In this document: in pieces, positions 21,693 through 30,741 of the stretch
Numbering within the stretch: position 1 is the stretch's first letter
Layout of the letters: every line of letters starts with the position of its first letter
Assembly (NCBI RefSeq): GCF_000008465.1
Contig: NC_006512.1
Location: 450,001 to 482,000 of the forward strand
Direction: 5' to 3'
Source: Idiomarina loihiensis L2TR
Lineage (GTDB): Bacteria; Pseudomonadota; Gammaproteobacteria; Enterobacterales; Alteromonadaceae
DNA: 32,000 nucleotides
The notes under the pieces: model-generated
Database searches by the model: none
Seen by the model: the letters and a program-made list of their open reading frames with translations, nothing else
What the model was told of the DNA's origin: nothing
Translations under genes and position numbers: made by a program

Positions 21693-21721
21693 TTGGGCTC
21701 AGCCGTTAAATGATTTAGAAT
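21693..21721 (+). promoter_or_regulatory. Candidate sigma70 promoter of the pdhR-aceEF-lpdA operon (TTGGGC-N17-TAGAAT)
   Basis: -35 TTGGGC at 21693-21698, a 17-nt spacer and -10 TAGAAT at 21716-21721. The PdhR box lies just downstream, matching the E. coli layout. Confidence 0.5.
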
Positions 21722-21730
21722 AACCGCATC

Positions 21731-21747
21731 TTTTGGTCTGACCAATT
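21731..21747 (+). promoter_or_regulatory. PdhR operator (autoregulatory PdhR box)
   Basis: TTTTGGTCTGACCAATT contains the palindrome TTGGT-N3-ACCAA, matching the E. coli PdhR consensus ATTGGT-N3-ACCAAT. It ends 8 nt upstream of the pdhR ATG. Confidence 0.75.
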
Positions 21748-21754
21748 CACCGTT

Positions 21755-22501
21755 ATGCCAGATTTACCCATAAAACAGACGAAGCTTTCCGACACTATCG
21801 TGGCGCATCTGGAACAGATGATCGTCGATGGTCGGCTTAGTGCCGGGCAAAAACTGCCGGCAGAGCGTCAACTGGCTCAGCAATTTAATGTTTCACGCCC
21901 ATCGCTGCGCGAAGCCATTCAAAAATTGGAAGCCAAAGGTGTGGTAGAACGTCGCCAGGGCGGCGGAACTTACGTTGTGAATAGCATCAATGAGCAACTA
22001 ACAGAGCCACTGTTTGAGCTCTTGGCCAAGCACCCTGAGTCGCAGTTTGATTTGCTTGAGTTCCGTCATGCACTGGAAGGCATCTCGTCCTTTTATGCAG
22101 CATTACGAGGCACCGAGGCCGATCTGGATCGGATTTCTGAGAGTATAAAAGACTTAGAGAATAGCCGGGCTAACAGCATCGATGATCAGGTCAATGCAAT
22201 AGTGGAATTCTATCACCGTATTGCAGAGGCCTCGCACAACGTTATTTTGTTGCATGTCATTCACGGCATGCAGGAATTACTGGCCGAAAATATTAGGCAG
22301 AACCTGGAAATACTGGCGGGTCGTGACGACTTGCTGGGAAAACTGAATCAACACCGTCAGCAGCTGGTTAGTGCCATTGTTGCCGGTAAACCGGAGCAAG
22401 CGCGGGATGCGTGTCATCAACATTTAGCCTATATTGAACAGACATTGTTAAACTTAGGCAAAGAACAGTCACGCATTCAACGTTCGCTACGACGTTCCTG
22501 A
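21755..22501 (+). CDS. pdhR: Pyruvate dehydrogenase complex repressor PdhR (GntR/FadR family)
   Basis: 248 aa. KLSDTIVAHLEQMIVDGRLSAGQKLPAERQLAQQFNVSRPSLREAIQKLEAKGVVERRQGGGTYV is co-linear with the E. coli PdhR winged-HTH. It lies immediately upstream of aceE. Confidence 0.93.
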   Translation: MPDLPIKQTKLSDTIVAHLEQMIVDGRLSAGQKLPAERQLAQQFNVSRPSLREAIQKLEAKGVVERRQGGGTYVVNSINEQLTEPLFELLAKHPESQFDLLEFRHALEGISSFYAALRGTEADLDRISESIKDLENSRANSIDDQVNAIVEFYHRIAEASHNVILLHVIHGMQELLAENIRQNLEILAGRDDLLGKLNQHRQQLVSAIVAGKPEQARDACHQHLAYIEQTLLNLGKEQSRIQRSLRRS

Positions 22502-22526
22502 ATTGATAAAAAGGTAAGGAATAGCT

Positions 22527-25199
22527 ATGAGTGAAGAATTAAACAAAGATGTCGACCAGCAGGAAACTCAAGAGTGGTTAGACGCTCTTGAGGGGGTGCT
22601 TGAGGCTGAAGGCCCGGAAAGAGCGCACTATCTGTTAGAGCAACTGGTCGACAAAGCTCGTCGCAATGGCGCTTATTTACCGTATAAGCCAACCACGGCA
22701 TATCTGAATACCATTCCTGCCAGTCAGGAACCCACTATGCCGGGTAACCAGACGCTGGAATCGCGCATTCGTTCAGCCATTCGCTGGAATGCCGCCATGA
22801 TGGTGTTGCGTGCATCGCAAAAAGGCGAAGAGTTAGGTGGCCACCTTGCCAGTTTTGCTTCTTCGGCGATGTTATACGATGTTGGCTTTAACCATTTCTT
22901 CCGTGCGCCAAATGAAGACGATGGTGGTGACTTCCTGTTTATTCAGGGCCATGTGTCACCCGGTATTTATGGTCGTGCTTTCATTGAAGGACGCTTGACC
23001 GAAGAGCAATTGAATAACTTTCGTCAGGAAGTCGACGGTAAAGGCTTACCTTCTTATCCGCACCCGAACTTAATGCCGGACTTTTGGCAGTTCCCGACGG
23101 TCTCTATGGGCTTAGGCCCAATTCAGGCTATCTATTTAGCCCGCTTCCTTAAGTACCTGACTGACCGTGGCATTAAAGACTGTTCAAAACAACGTGTTTA
23201 CTGCTTCTTAGGTGACGGTGAAACCGATGAGCCAGAAAGCTTAGGTGCTATTGGTCTGGCTGCTCGCGAGGAGCTGGACAATCTGACTTTCGTTATTAAC
23301 TGTAACCTGCAGCGCTTAGACGGGCCGGTACGTGGTAACGGTAAAATCATTCAGGAACTGGAGGGTAACTTCCATGGCGCCGGCTGGGAAGTGATTAAAG
23401 TTATCTGGGGGCGCTACTGGGATCCGCTGTTGTACCGCGACACCGAAGGTAAATTGCAGCAGTTAATGGAAGAAACCGTTGACGGTGATTACCAGAACTT
23501 TAAAGCCAAAGGTGGCAAGTTCACCCGTGAAAACTTTTTTGGTAAGTACCCTGAAACCGAAGAAATGGTCGCCAACTTGTCTGACGAAGACATCTGGCGC
23601 TTAAACCGTGGCGGGCATGACCCGGTAAAAGTCTACTCGGCGTACCATAAAGCCGCTAATACCAAAGGTCGGCCACAGGTTATTTTAGCGAAAACCGTAA
23701 AAGGTTATGGCATGGGTGCTGCGGGCGAAGGTAAAAACATTGCCCACCAGGTTAAGAAAATGGATTTAGACGCGGTTAAGCACATGCGTGACCGTTTCAA
23801 TATCCCGTTTGAAGACAAAGAGCTGGAAGACCTGCCTTACTACAAGTTTGACGACGACAGCGATGAAATGAAGTATTTGAACGAGCGTCGCGAGAAGCTC
23901 GGTGGTTATATGCCAGTGCGTCGTCCGGAAAGCGATGTTGAGCTTGAGCTGCCCGCACTGAAAGCTTTTGATGCGGTTCTGAAAGGTTCAGGGGATCGTG
24001 AAATTTCCTCAACTATGGCCTTTGTTCGTGTACTGACAGCGCTGCTGAAAGACAAGAAAATTGGTAAACGTATTGTGCCAATTATTCCGGATGAAGCTCG
24101 TACCTTTGGTATGGAAGGCTTGTTCCGTCAGGTGGGTATTTATTCGCACCATGGCCAGAAATACACGCCGCAGGATAAAGACCAGGTTGCCTATTATCGT
24201 GAAGATAAAAAAGGCCAGGTGATTCAGGAAGGCATCAACGAACTCGGTGCTATGGCGTCCTGGATTGCAGCGGGTACCAGTTACTCGTTAAATAACGAGC
24301 CGATGATTCCGTTCTACATTTACTACTCAATGTTCGGTTTCCAGCGAGTCGGTGACTTAGTCTGGGCCGCAGGTGACAGTCAGACCCGCGGCTTCCTGGT
24401 CGGAGGTACTGCCGGTCGCACAACGCTTAACGGTGAAGGTCTGCAGCACCAGGACGGACACAGCATGGTTCACTTTGGCACGGTGCCAAACTGCATTAGC
24501 TATGATCCGACATACGGTTATGAAATTGCAGTTATCGTGCACGATGGCCTGAAACGCATGTTTGGCGACCAGGAGAATGTTTTCTATTACCTCACTGTAA
24601 TGAATGAAAACTACCATCAACCAGAAATGCCGGAAGGTGTCGAAGAAGGCATCATCAAAGGTATTTACGAACTGGATAAAGTGAAGGCCAAGAACAAAGC
24701 TAAAGGCGATGTTCAGTTGTTAGGCAGTGGTACTATTTTGCAGCAAGTGCGTGAAGCAGCGACAATCTTGTCTGAAGAGTACGACGTGAACTCAACAGTT
24801 TACAGCGTAACTTCATTCAATGAGCTGGCGCGCGATGGTCTGGATACTGACCGTTGGAACATGCTGAACCCTGAGAAGAAAGAAAAAGAAGCCTACATTA
24901 CGCAAGTGATGAAAAAGGCGAAAGGACCGGCAGTAGCAGCAACAGACTACATCAAGCTGTACGCTGATCAGGTTCGCGCCTGGGTACCAACCTCTTACCG
25001 GGTATTAGGTACCGACGGCTTTGGACGCTCGGACAGCCGCGCTAACTTGCGTAAGCACTTTGAAGTGAACCCGCACTATATTGTGGTTGCAGCACTGAAA
25101 GAACTGGCAGACCAAGGTGATATCGATAAGAAAGTGGTAGCTAAAGCTATCAAAGACTACGATATCGACACTGACAAGCTGAACCCGCGTTTAGCATAA
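22527..25199 (+). CDS. aceE: Pyruvate dehydrogenase E1 component (homodimeric type)
   Basis: 890 aa with ThDP motif GDGETDEPES...NCNLQRLDGPVRGNG. The length and N-terminal DVDQQETQEWLDALE are typical of AceE. Confidence 0.98.
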   Translation: MSEELNKDVDQQETQEWLDALEGVLEAEGPERAHYLLEQLVDKARRNGAYLPYKPTTAYLNTIPASQEPTMPGNQTLESRIRSAIRWNAAMMVLRASQKGEELGGHLASFASSAMLYDVGFNHFFRAPNEDDGGDFLFIQGHVSPGIYGRAFIEGRLTEEQLNNFRQEVDGKGLPSYPHPNLMPDFWQFPTVSMGLGPIQAIYLARFLKYLTDRGIKDCSKQRVYCFLGDGETDEPESLGAIGLAAREELDNLTFVINCNLQRLDGPVRGNGKIIQELEGNFHGAGWEVIKVIWGRYWDPLLYRDTEGKLQQLMEETVDGDYQNFKAKGGKFTRENFFGKYPETEEMVANLSDEDIWRLNRGGHDPVKVYSAYHKAANTKGRPQVILAKTVKGYGMGAAGEGKNIAHQVKKMDLDAVKHMRDRFNIPFEDKELEDLPYYKFDDDSDEMKYLNERREKLGGYMPVRRPESDVELELPALKAFDAVLKGSGDREISSTMAFVRVLTALLKDKKIGKRIVPIIPDEARTFGMEGLFRQVGIYSHHGQKYTPQDKDQVAYYREDKKGQVIQEGINELGAMASWIAAGTSYSLNNEPMIPFYIYYSMFGFQRVGDLVWAAGDSQTRGFLVGGTAGRTTLNGEGLQHQDGHSMVHFGTVPNCISYDPTYGYEIAVIVHDGLKRMFGDQENVFYYLTVMNENYHQPEMPEGVEEGIIKGIYELDKVKAKNKAKGDVQLLGSGTILQQVREAATILSEEYDVNSTVYSVTSFNELARDGLDTDRWNMLNPEKKEKEAYITQVMKKAKGPAVAATDYIKLYADQVRAWVPTSYRVLGTDGFGRSDSRANLRKHFEVNPHYIVVAALKELADQGDIDKKVVAKAIKDYDIDTDKLNPRLA

Positions 25200-25211
25200 G
25201 GAGGTACTGAG

Positions 25212-26987
25212 ATGGCCGATCAAATCGAACTCAAAGTCCCCGACGTGGGCGGCGAAGAAGTAGAAGTCATTGAAATTTTGGTCAGTGAAGGCGATACCGT
25301 TGAGCAGGAAGACGGTATCGTTACTGTCGAAAGCGACAAAGCTTCCATGGATATCCCGGCATCTTCAGGCGGTAAAATTACCGAGCTGAAAGTAAAAGTT
25401 GGCGATACCATTAGCGAAGGCGACGTGCTGGCAATGATTGAGGCTTCCGGAGGAGCCGACGAATCGGATGAGTCTGACAGCGAAGAGGAAGCTGAAGACA
25501 AAACCGACGACAAAGCGGACGAAGAAGCAACCAAAGACAAAGCTGAAGAATCGGAAGATAAACAGGAAGAAGAGAAAGATGAAGACTCTGAACCTGAGAA
25601 AAAATCTTCCGGTGGCGGCAGTAAAGTTATCGACGTAGAAGTACCGGATATTGGTGACGAAGAAGATGTCGAAATCATCGAGATTCTGGTCTCTAAAGGC
25701 GACTCTGTTTCTGCCGAAGATGGTTTAATTACCCTGGAAACGGACAAGGCGACTATGGATGTGCCTTGCCCTGAAGACGGCGAAATTGAAGAAATGCTGG
25801 TGAAGGTCGGCGACAAGGTGTCGCAGGGCTCAGTTATCGCCAAGCTGAAAGTTTCCGGCGGCGCTGATGACTCTGAAGCTGAAGAGAAAGACTCAGCGAA
25901 AGAGGAGAAGTCAGAATCTAATAAAGAATCTGATAAAGACTCTGGCAAGAAATCTGAAGACAAAGACCAGAAAAAAGACAGTGGTAGTAGCGTTAAGCCA
26001 AGTAGCGAACGCCAGCCTCCGGTGCCTGATCATCCAAGCCAGCGGAGCGATCGTAAAGAAGGCATTCTGCATGCGTCACCTGCGGTACGTCGTGTGGCAC
26101 GTGAATTCGGTGTCGACTTATCGCAAGTGAAAGGCTCGGGCCCTAAAGACCGCATACTGAAAGAAGACGTTCAGGAGTTTGTTAAATACGAGCTGTCCCG
26201 TCCCAAAGCCGTGGCTGGTGCAACAGGCCAGGGCGGCGGTGGATTGCAGGTTATTGACCCGCCTAAGGTCGATTTCAGCAAGTTCGGTGAAGTGGAAGAA
26301 GTTCAGTTGTCGCGCATTCAGCGTAAATCTGGACCAAACCTGCACCGTAACTGGGTGACTATCCCTCACGTAACACAGTTCGATGAGGCCGACATTACTG
26401 AGCTGGAAAACTTCCGCAAGTCAGAAAACGAAGTGGCTAAGAAGAAAGATCTGGGCTTCAAGATAACGCCGTTAGTGTTTATTTTGAAGGCCTGTGCCAA
26501 AGGCCTGCGTGAGTTCCCGACCTTTAATTCGTCCTTATCAGAGTCTGGTGAATCACTGTACATGAAAAAGTACGTGAACATTGGCGTTGCGGTTGATACG
26601 CCAAATGGTCTGGTGGTTCCGGTTATTCGTGATGTCGACAAAAAAGGCATTTACGAGCTTTCGGAAGAACTGGTGGAAATTAGTTCGAAGGCGCGTGACG
26701 GTAAGTTGAAAGCAACCGATATGCAAGGTGGGTGTTTCTCAATTTCCAGCCTGGGCGGTATTGGTGGTACAGCCTTTACGCCTATCGTGAATGCTCCTGA
26801 CGTGGCCATTCTCGGGGTCTCTCGTAACGAGATGAAACCGAAATGGAACGGCAAAGAGTTTGAACCACGTCTGACTCTGCCATTATCGTTGTCATACGAT
26901 CACCGTGTTATTGATGGTGCTGAGGCCGCGCGTTTCACCGCCTATTTAAGTGGTGTACTGGGAGATATCCGCAAATTGGTGCTTTAA
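25212..26987 (+). CDS. aceF: Pyruvate dehydrogenase E2, dihydrolipoyllysine-residue acetyltransferase (two lipoyl domains)
   Basis: 591 aa with two lipoyl domains (VESDKASMDIP and LETDKATMDVP), a peripheral subunit-binding domain (ASPAVRRVAREFGVDLSQVKGSGPKDRILKEDV) and a catalytic domain with the DHRVIDGA active site. GGAGG Shine-Dalgarno upstream. Confidence 0.97.
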   Translation: MADQIELKVPDVGGEEVEVIEILVSEGDTVEQEDGIVTVESDKASMDIPASSGGKITELKVKVGDTISEGDVLAMIEASGGADESDESDSEEEAEDKTDDKADEEATKDKAEESEDKQEEEKDEDSEPEKKSSGGGSKVIDVEVPDIGDEEDVEIIEILVSKGDSVSAEDGLITLETDKATMDVPCPEDGEIEEMLVKVGDKVSQGSVIAKLKVSGGADDSEAEEKDSAKEEKSESNKESDKDSGKKSEDKDQKKDSGSSVKPSSERQPPVPDHPSQRSDRKEGILHASPAVRRVAREFGVDLSQVKGSGPKDRILKEDVQEFVKYELSRPKAVAGATGQGGGGLQVIDPPKVDFSKFGEVEEVQLSRIQRKSGPNLHRNWVTIPHVTQFDEADITELENFRKSENEVAKKKDLGFKITPLVFILKACAKGLREFPTFNSSLSESGESLYMKKYVNIGVAVDTPNGLVVPVIRDVDKKGIYELSEELVEISSKARDGKLKATDMQGGCFSISSLGGIGGTAFTPIVNAPDVAILGVSRNEMKPKWNGKEFEPRLTLPLSLSYDHRVIDGAEAARFTAYLSGVLGDIRKLVL

Positions 26988-27098
26988 GCACCAATTGGGG
27001 TAGGAAATACGAAAAAATTCGCGCTACAATAGCGCCACATTTAGCGTTGACTGAGCGCAGCCGGTGGCTCAACTGGCTGTGACAAAAAAGGGGTTAAC

Positions 27099-28526
27099 AT
27101 GAGCGACAAAATTACAACACAGGTAGTGGTGTTAGGTTCGGGCCCGGGCGGATATTCAGCAGCTTTCCGTGCAGCTGACTTGGGTCTGGATGTTGTTTTG
27201 ATTGAGCGTTACAGCACCTTAGGCGGTGTTTGCCTGAACGTTGGCTGTATCCCGTCAAAAGCATTGCTGCACATGACCAAGCACATTGAAGAAGCTCAGC
27301 ACCTGGCAGAAGAAGGTATTGAGTTTGGCGAACCGAAAATCGACCTGGATAAGCTGCGCAAACACAAAGAAAAAGTGGTTGGCCAGTTAACCGGCGGTCT
27401 TGGTCAGATGTCAAAAATGCGTAAGGTAAAAGTTGTTAACGGTTACGGCAAATTTACCGGCAGCAACACCATTAAAGTTGAAGGCGACGACGGCGAAACC
27501 GAAGTTAAATTCGATAACGCGATTATTGCTGCAGGCTCTCAAGCCATTAAATTGCCGTTCATTCCACATGACGACGACCGCGTATGGGATTCCACCGACG
27601 CGCTGGAACTGAAAGAAATTCCTAAGAAAATGTTATTGTTAGGCGGTGGTATCATCGCTCTGGAAATGGGGCAGGTTTACGCATCACTAGGTTCTAAGGT
27701 TGATGTGGTTGAAATGACGGACCAACTGGTACCGCCAGCGGATGCCGACATCATCAAGAACTTCAACAAGCAAATCAAAGGCCGTTTTGAGAATATTATG
27801 CTCAATACCAAAGCGACCAATGTTGAAGCGAAAAAAGACGGTGTGTATGTGACCTTTGAAGGTGATAAAGCGCCAAAAGATCCAGTCAAGTACGACGCTG
27901 TACTGGTTGCTGTAGGCCGCGCACCAAACGGTAATAAAATTGACGCAGACAAAGCTGGCGTTAATGTCGACGACCGTGGCTTTATCAAAGTTGATAGCCA
28001 AATGCGCACCAATGTTGACCATATCTTTGCCATTGGCGATGTTGTTGGCCAACCCATGTTGGCGCACAAAGCGGTACATGAGTCGCACGTGGCGGCAGAA
28101 GTGATATCCGGTAAGAAGCACTTCTTCGAACCTAAAGTCATTCCTTCTATCATGTACACTAACCCGGAAGTTGCTTGGGCAGGTGTTACTGAGAAAGAAG
28201 CGAAAGAGCAGGGCATCGAATATGATGCAGTGACTTTCCCCTGGTCAGCTTCAGGCCGCGCTATCGCTTCAAACGCACAGCAAGGCATGACCAAGCTCAT
28301 CTTTGATAAGAACAACCGTATTATTGGTGGTTCTATGTGTGGCACTAACGCTGGTGAATTGTTGGGCGAAGTTTGCCTGGCAATTGAGATGGGCTGTGAT
28401 GCAGAAGATATCGCTCTGACTGTTCATGCACACCCAACCTTACATGAATCAGTTGGTTTAGCTGCTGAAATTCAGGAAGGTGCTATTACCGATATGCCGA
28501 ATCCTAAGGCGAAAAAGAAGAAGTAA
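27099..28526 (+). CDS. lpdA: Dihydrolipoyl dehydrogenase (E3)
   Basis: 475 aa with FAD motif VVVLGSGPGGYSAA, redox disulfide GGVCLNVGCIPSK and the C-terminal HAHPTLHE interface motif. Confidence 0.98.
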   Translation: MSDKITTQVVVLGSGPGGYSAAFRAADLGLDVVLIERYSTLGGVCLNVGCIPSKALLHMTKHIEEAQHLAEEGIEFGEPKIDLDKLRKHKEKVVGQLTGGLGQMSKMRKVKVVNGYGKFTGSNTIKVEGDDGETEVKFDNAIIAAGSQAIKLPFIPHDDDRVWDSTDALELKEIPKKMLLLGGGIIALEMGQVYASLGSKVDVVEMTDQLVPPADADIIKNFNKQIKGRFENIMLNTKATNVEAKKDGVYVTFEGDKAPKDPVKYDAVLVAVGRAPNGNKIDADKAGVNVDDRGFIKVDSQMRTNVDHIFAIGDVVGQPMLAHKAVHESHVAAEVISGKKHFFEPKVIPSIMYTNPEVAWAGVTEKEAKEQGIEYDAVTFPWSASGRAIASNAQQGMTKLIFDKNNRIIGGSMCGTNAGELLGEVCLAIEMGCDAEDIALTVHAHPTLHESVGLAAEIQEGAITDMPNPKAKKKK

Positions 28527-28551
28527 CATTTTGTTACGATAAATCATCGGT

Positions 28552-28590
28552 AAAACGGCTGCATTCATCGCGAATGCAGCCGTTTTTTTT
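28552..28590 (+). terminator. Strong rho-independent terminator of the pdh operon
   Basis: Perfect 15-bp stem AAAACGGCTGCATTC (28552-28566) / GAATGCAGCCGTTTT (28572-28586) with a 5-nt loop and a run of 8 T. It lies 26 nt after the lpdA stop. Confidence 0.9.
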
Positions 28591-28660
28591 GCGCTGAATT
28601 TAACAATGCGCTAGTTTAGTGGGGTTAAAATAACGAACACAAAAGAAAGGGTAATAACCG

Positions 28661-30730
28661 ATGAAAAAATTAACCGCTGTAGCGCTTGGCGTATCTATGG
28701 CTTTAACTCTGGGCGCCTGTTCTCCACAGCAGGAAGAATCAAAACAACAAACCCAGCAGGCTGAAGAAGCAAAAAAAGAACTGAGCTCTGGCGTTGTACT
28801 TGAGAACTTTGATCACAGTGTTAAACCGCAGAACAATTTATTCCATTATGTAAACGGTACCTGGATTGATAAAACAGAAATCCCTTCTGATCGCTCATCT
28901 GTAGGTTCGTTTTTCGATTTGCGCGAACAAAATCAGAAACGTTTACGCGATATCATTGAATCAGCAGCCTCTTCTAACCCTGAACCAGGCACAAACGAGC
29001 GTAAAATTGGCGACTTCTTCAATGCCTATATGGATGTTGAAACACTGAATGAGCTAGGCGCAAAACCAATTGCGAGTGACTTAGACGTTATTCAGGCACT
29101 GGAAGATTACGACTCAGTTGCTGAGCATATGGCACGCATGTTCCGTGGTGGCGTTTCAGTTCCATTTGGTTTTTATGTTTACCCAGATGCGAAAGACCCG
29201 CAAATTAACGCGATGTATGTTTCTCAGTCAGGCTTAGGTCTGCCGGATCGAGACTATTACCTGAAAGACGACGAAAAGTTCGAAGAATTCCGTAACGCAT
29301 ACGTCGAATACGCAGAAGACATTCTGGGTATGGTTGGGGTCGAAGACGCAGCAGGCGCCGCAGAGCGTATTCTGAAGTTAGAAACTCAACTGGCAGAAAT
29401 TCAGTGGAGCCGTGTAGAAAGCCGCGATGCGAATAAAACCTACAATAAAAAATCAGCCGGCGAAGTTGCTGAAATGCTTAACAACTTTGATTTCAAAAAG
29501 TTTATCGAGACGTCTGAGTTATCTGATGTAAAAGAAATGGTTATTCGTCAGCCATCTTATTTTGAAGAATTTGGTGAACTGTTTAATGAAGTGGACTTAC
29601 AGGCGTGGAAAGACTACTTGAGCTTCCGTCTTGTGAACGAGTACGCTTCTGCGTTAAGCGAAGATATCAGCAAGCGTCGCTTTGATTTTTACGGCACAAC
29701 ATTACGTGGTACACCAGAGCAGGAACCTCGCTGGAAACGCGCGGTTGATGCAACCAACAGCGTATTAGGTGAAGTGTTAGGTCAAGTTTACGTTAAAGAG
29801 TACTTCCCGCCAGAAGCTAAAGAGAAAATGGAAGGTTTGATTGAAAACCTCCGTGACGCTTATGGTCAGTCTATTCGTAACTTGGAGTGGATGACGGACG
29901 AAACCAAAGAAAAAGCTTTGGAAAAACTGAAGAAATTTGACCCTAAAGTAGGTTATCCAAGCAAATGGCGTGACTACAGCGAACTGGAAATTTCGTCAAC
30001 TGACTTAGTTGCTAACTACAAAGCTTACGCCGAGTTCAATTATCAGGAAGAAATTGCCAAAATTGGTGGTCCTGTTGATGAAGAAGACTGGGGTATGACT
30101 CCGCAAACAGTCAACGCCTACTACAGCCCGGTACGTAACGAAATCGTTTTCCCGGCTGGCATTCTGCAGCCTCCATTCTTTGATATGGACGCTGAAATGG
30201 CGGTGAACTATGGTGGTATCGGTGCGGTAATCGGCCACGAAATGGGACACGGTTTTGACGACCAGGGCGCCAAATATGATGGCGACGGTAACCTGCAAAG
30301 CTGGTGGACTGATGCTGATAAAAAGGCGTTCGAGGAACGGACTCAGCAACTGTCTGAACAGTATAGCCAGTACGAGCCAATTGAAGGCCTTAATGTTAAT
30401 GGTGACCTGACTCTGGGTGAAAACATCGGCGATTTAGCCGGCCTGACCATCGCGTACGAAGCCTACAAAATGTCATTAGAGGGCGAAGAAGCCCCAGTTC
30501 TTGACGGCTTTACCGGTGAACAGCGCGTGTTCATTGGCTGGGCTCAGGTATGGCGCGGCAAGTATCGCGAAGACGCAATTCGTGAGCAGGTTATGAGTGA
30601 CCCGCACTCGCCAGCGGAGTATCGAGTAAATGGTACTGTTGTTAACGTTCCGGCGTTCTACGAAGCCTTTGATGTTGAAGAAGGTGACGAATTGTACGTT
30701 GCGCCTGAAAACCGCGTTACTATCTGGTAA
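28661..30730 (+). CDS. M13 family zinc metallopeptidase (PepO / endothelin-converting-enzyme-like), predicted lipoprotein
   Basis: 689 aa with a signal peptide and lipobox LTLGAC. Zincin motif VIGHEMGHGFD, downstream GENIGDLAG (ENxADxGG-type third zinc ligand region) and a C-terminal RVTIW typical of M13. Confidence 0.92.
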   Translation: MKKLTAVALGVSMALTLGACSPQQEESKQQTQQAEEAKKELSSGVVLENFDHSVKPQNNLFHYVNGTWIDKTEIPSDRSSVGSFFDLREQNQKRLRDIIESAASSNPEPGTNERKIGDFFNAYMDVETLNELGAKPIASDLDVIQALEDYDSVAEHMARMFRGGVSVPFGFYVYPDAKDPQINAMYVSQSGLGLPDRDYYLKDDEKFEEFRNAYVEYAEDILGMVGVEDAAGAAERILKLETQLAEIQWSRVESRDANKTYNKKSAGEVAEMLNNFDFKKFIETSELSDVKEMVIRQPSYFEEFGELFNEVDLQAWKDYLSFRLVNEYASALSEDISKRRFDFYGTTLRGTPEQEPRWKRAVDATNSVLGEVLGQVYVKEYFPPEAKEKMEGLIENLRDAYGQSIRNLEWMTDETKEKALEKLKKFDPKVGYPSKWRDYSELEISSTDLVANYKAYAEFNYQEEIAKIGGPVDEEDWGMTPQTVNAYYSPVRNEIVFPAGILQPPFFDMDAEMAVNYGGIGAVIGHEMGHGFDDQGAKYDGDGNLQSWWTDADKKAFEERTQQLSEQYSQYEPIEGLNVNGDLTLGENIGDLAGLTIAYEAYKMSLEGEEAPVLDGFTGEQRVFIGWAQVWRGKYREDAIREQVMSDPHSPAEYRVNGTVVNVPAFYEAFDVEEGDELYVAPENRVTIW

Positions 30731-30741
30731 TATAGCGGACT

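Noticed and set aside
21681-21703. GCTGAG-N11-CTCAGC hairpin after ampE as a terminator
   Set aside because: The stem is only 6 bp with an 11-nt loop and no following T-tract. It also overlaps the proposed pdhR -35, so it is not strong enough to annotate.
25220-25963. 247-aa Ser-rich ORF on the minus strand within aceF
   Set aside because: It lies antisense to the GAA/GAC/GAT-rich acidic linker region of aceF, so the Ser/Leu-rich low-complexity translation is a mirror artefact of that codon bias. It has no Shine-Dalgarno or independent signals, and aceF on the plus strand is unambiguous.
26989-27000. ACCAATTGGGGT just after the aceF stop, as a possible second PdhR box
   Set aside because: The half-sites are in the wrong arrangement (ACCAAT directly abutting TGG rather than TTGGT-N3-ACCAA). 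It is only an 8-bp CCAATTGG palindrome and is likely fortuitous.
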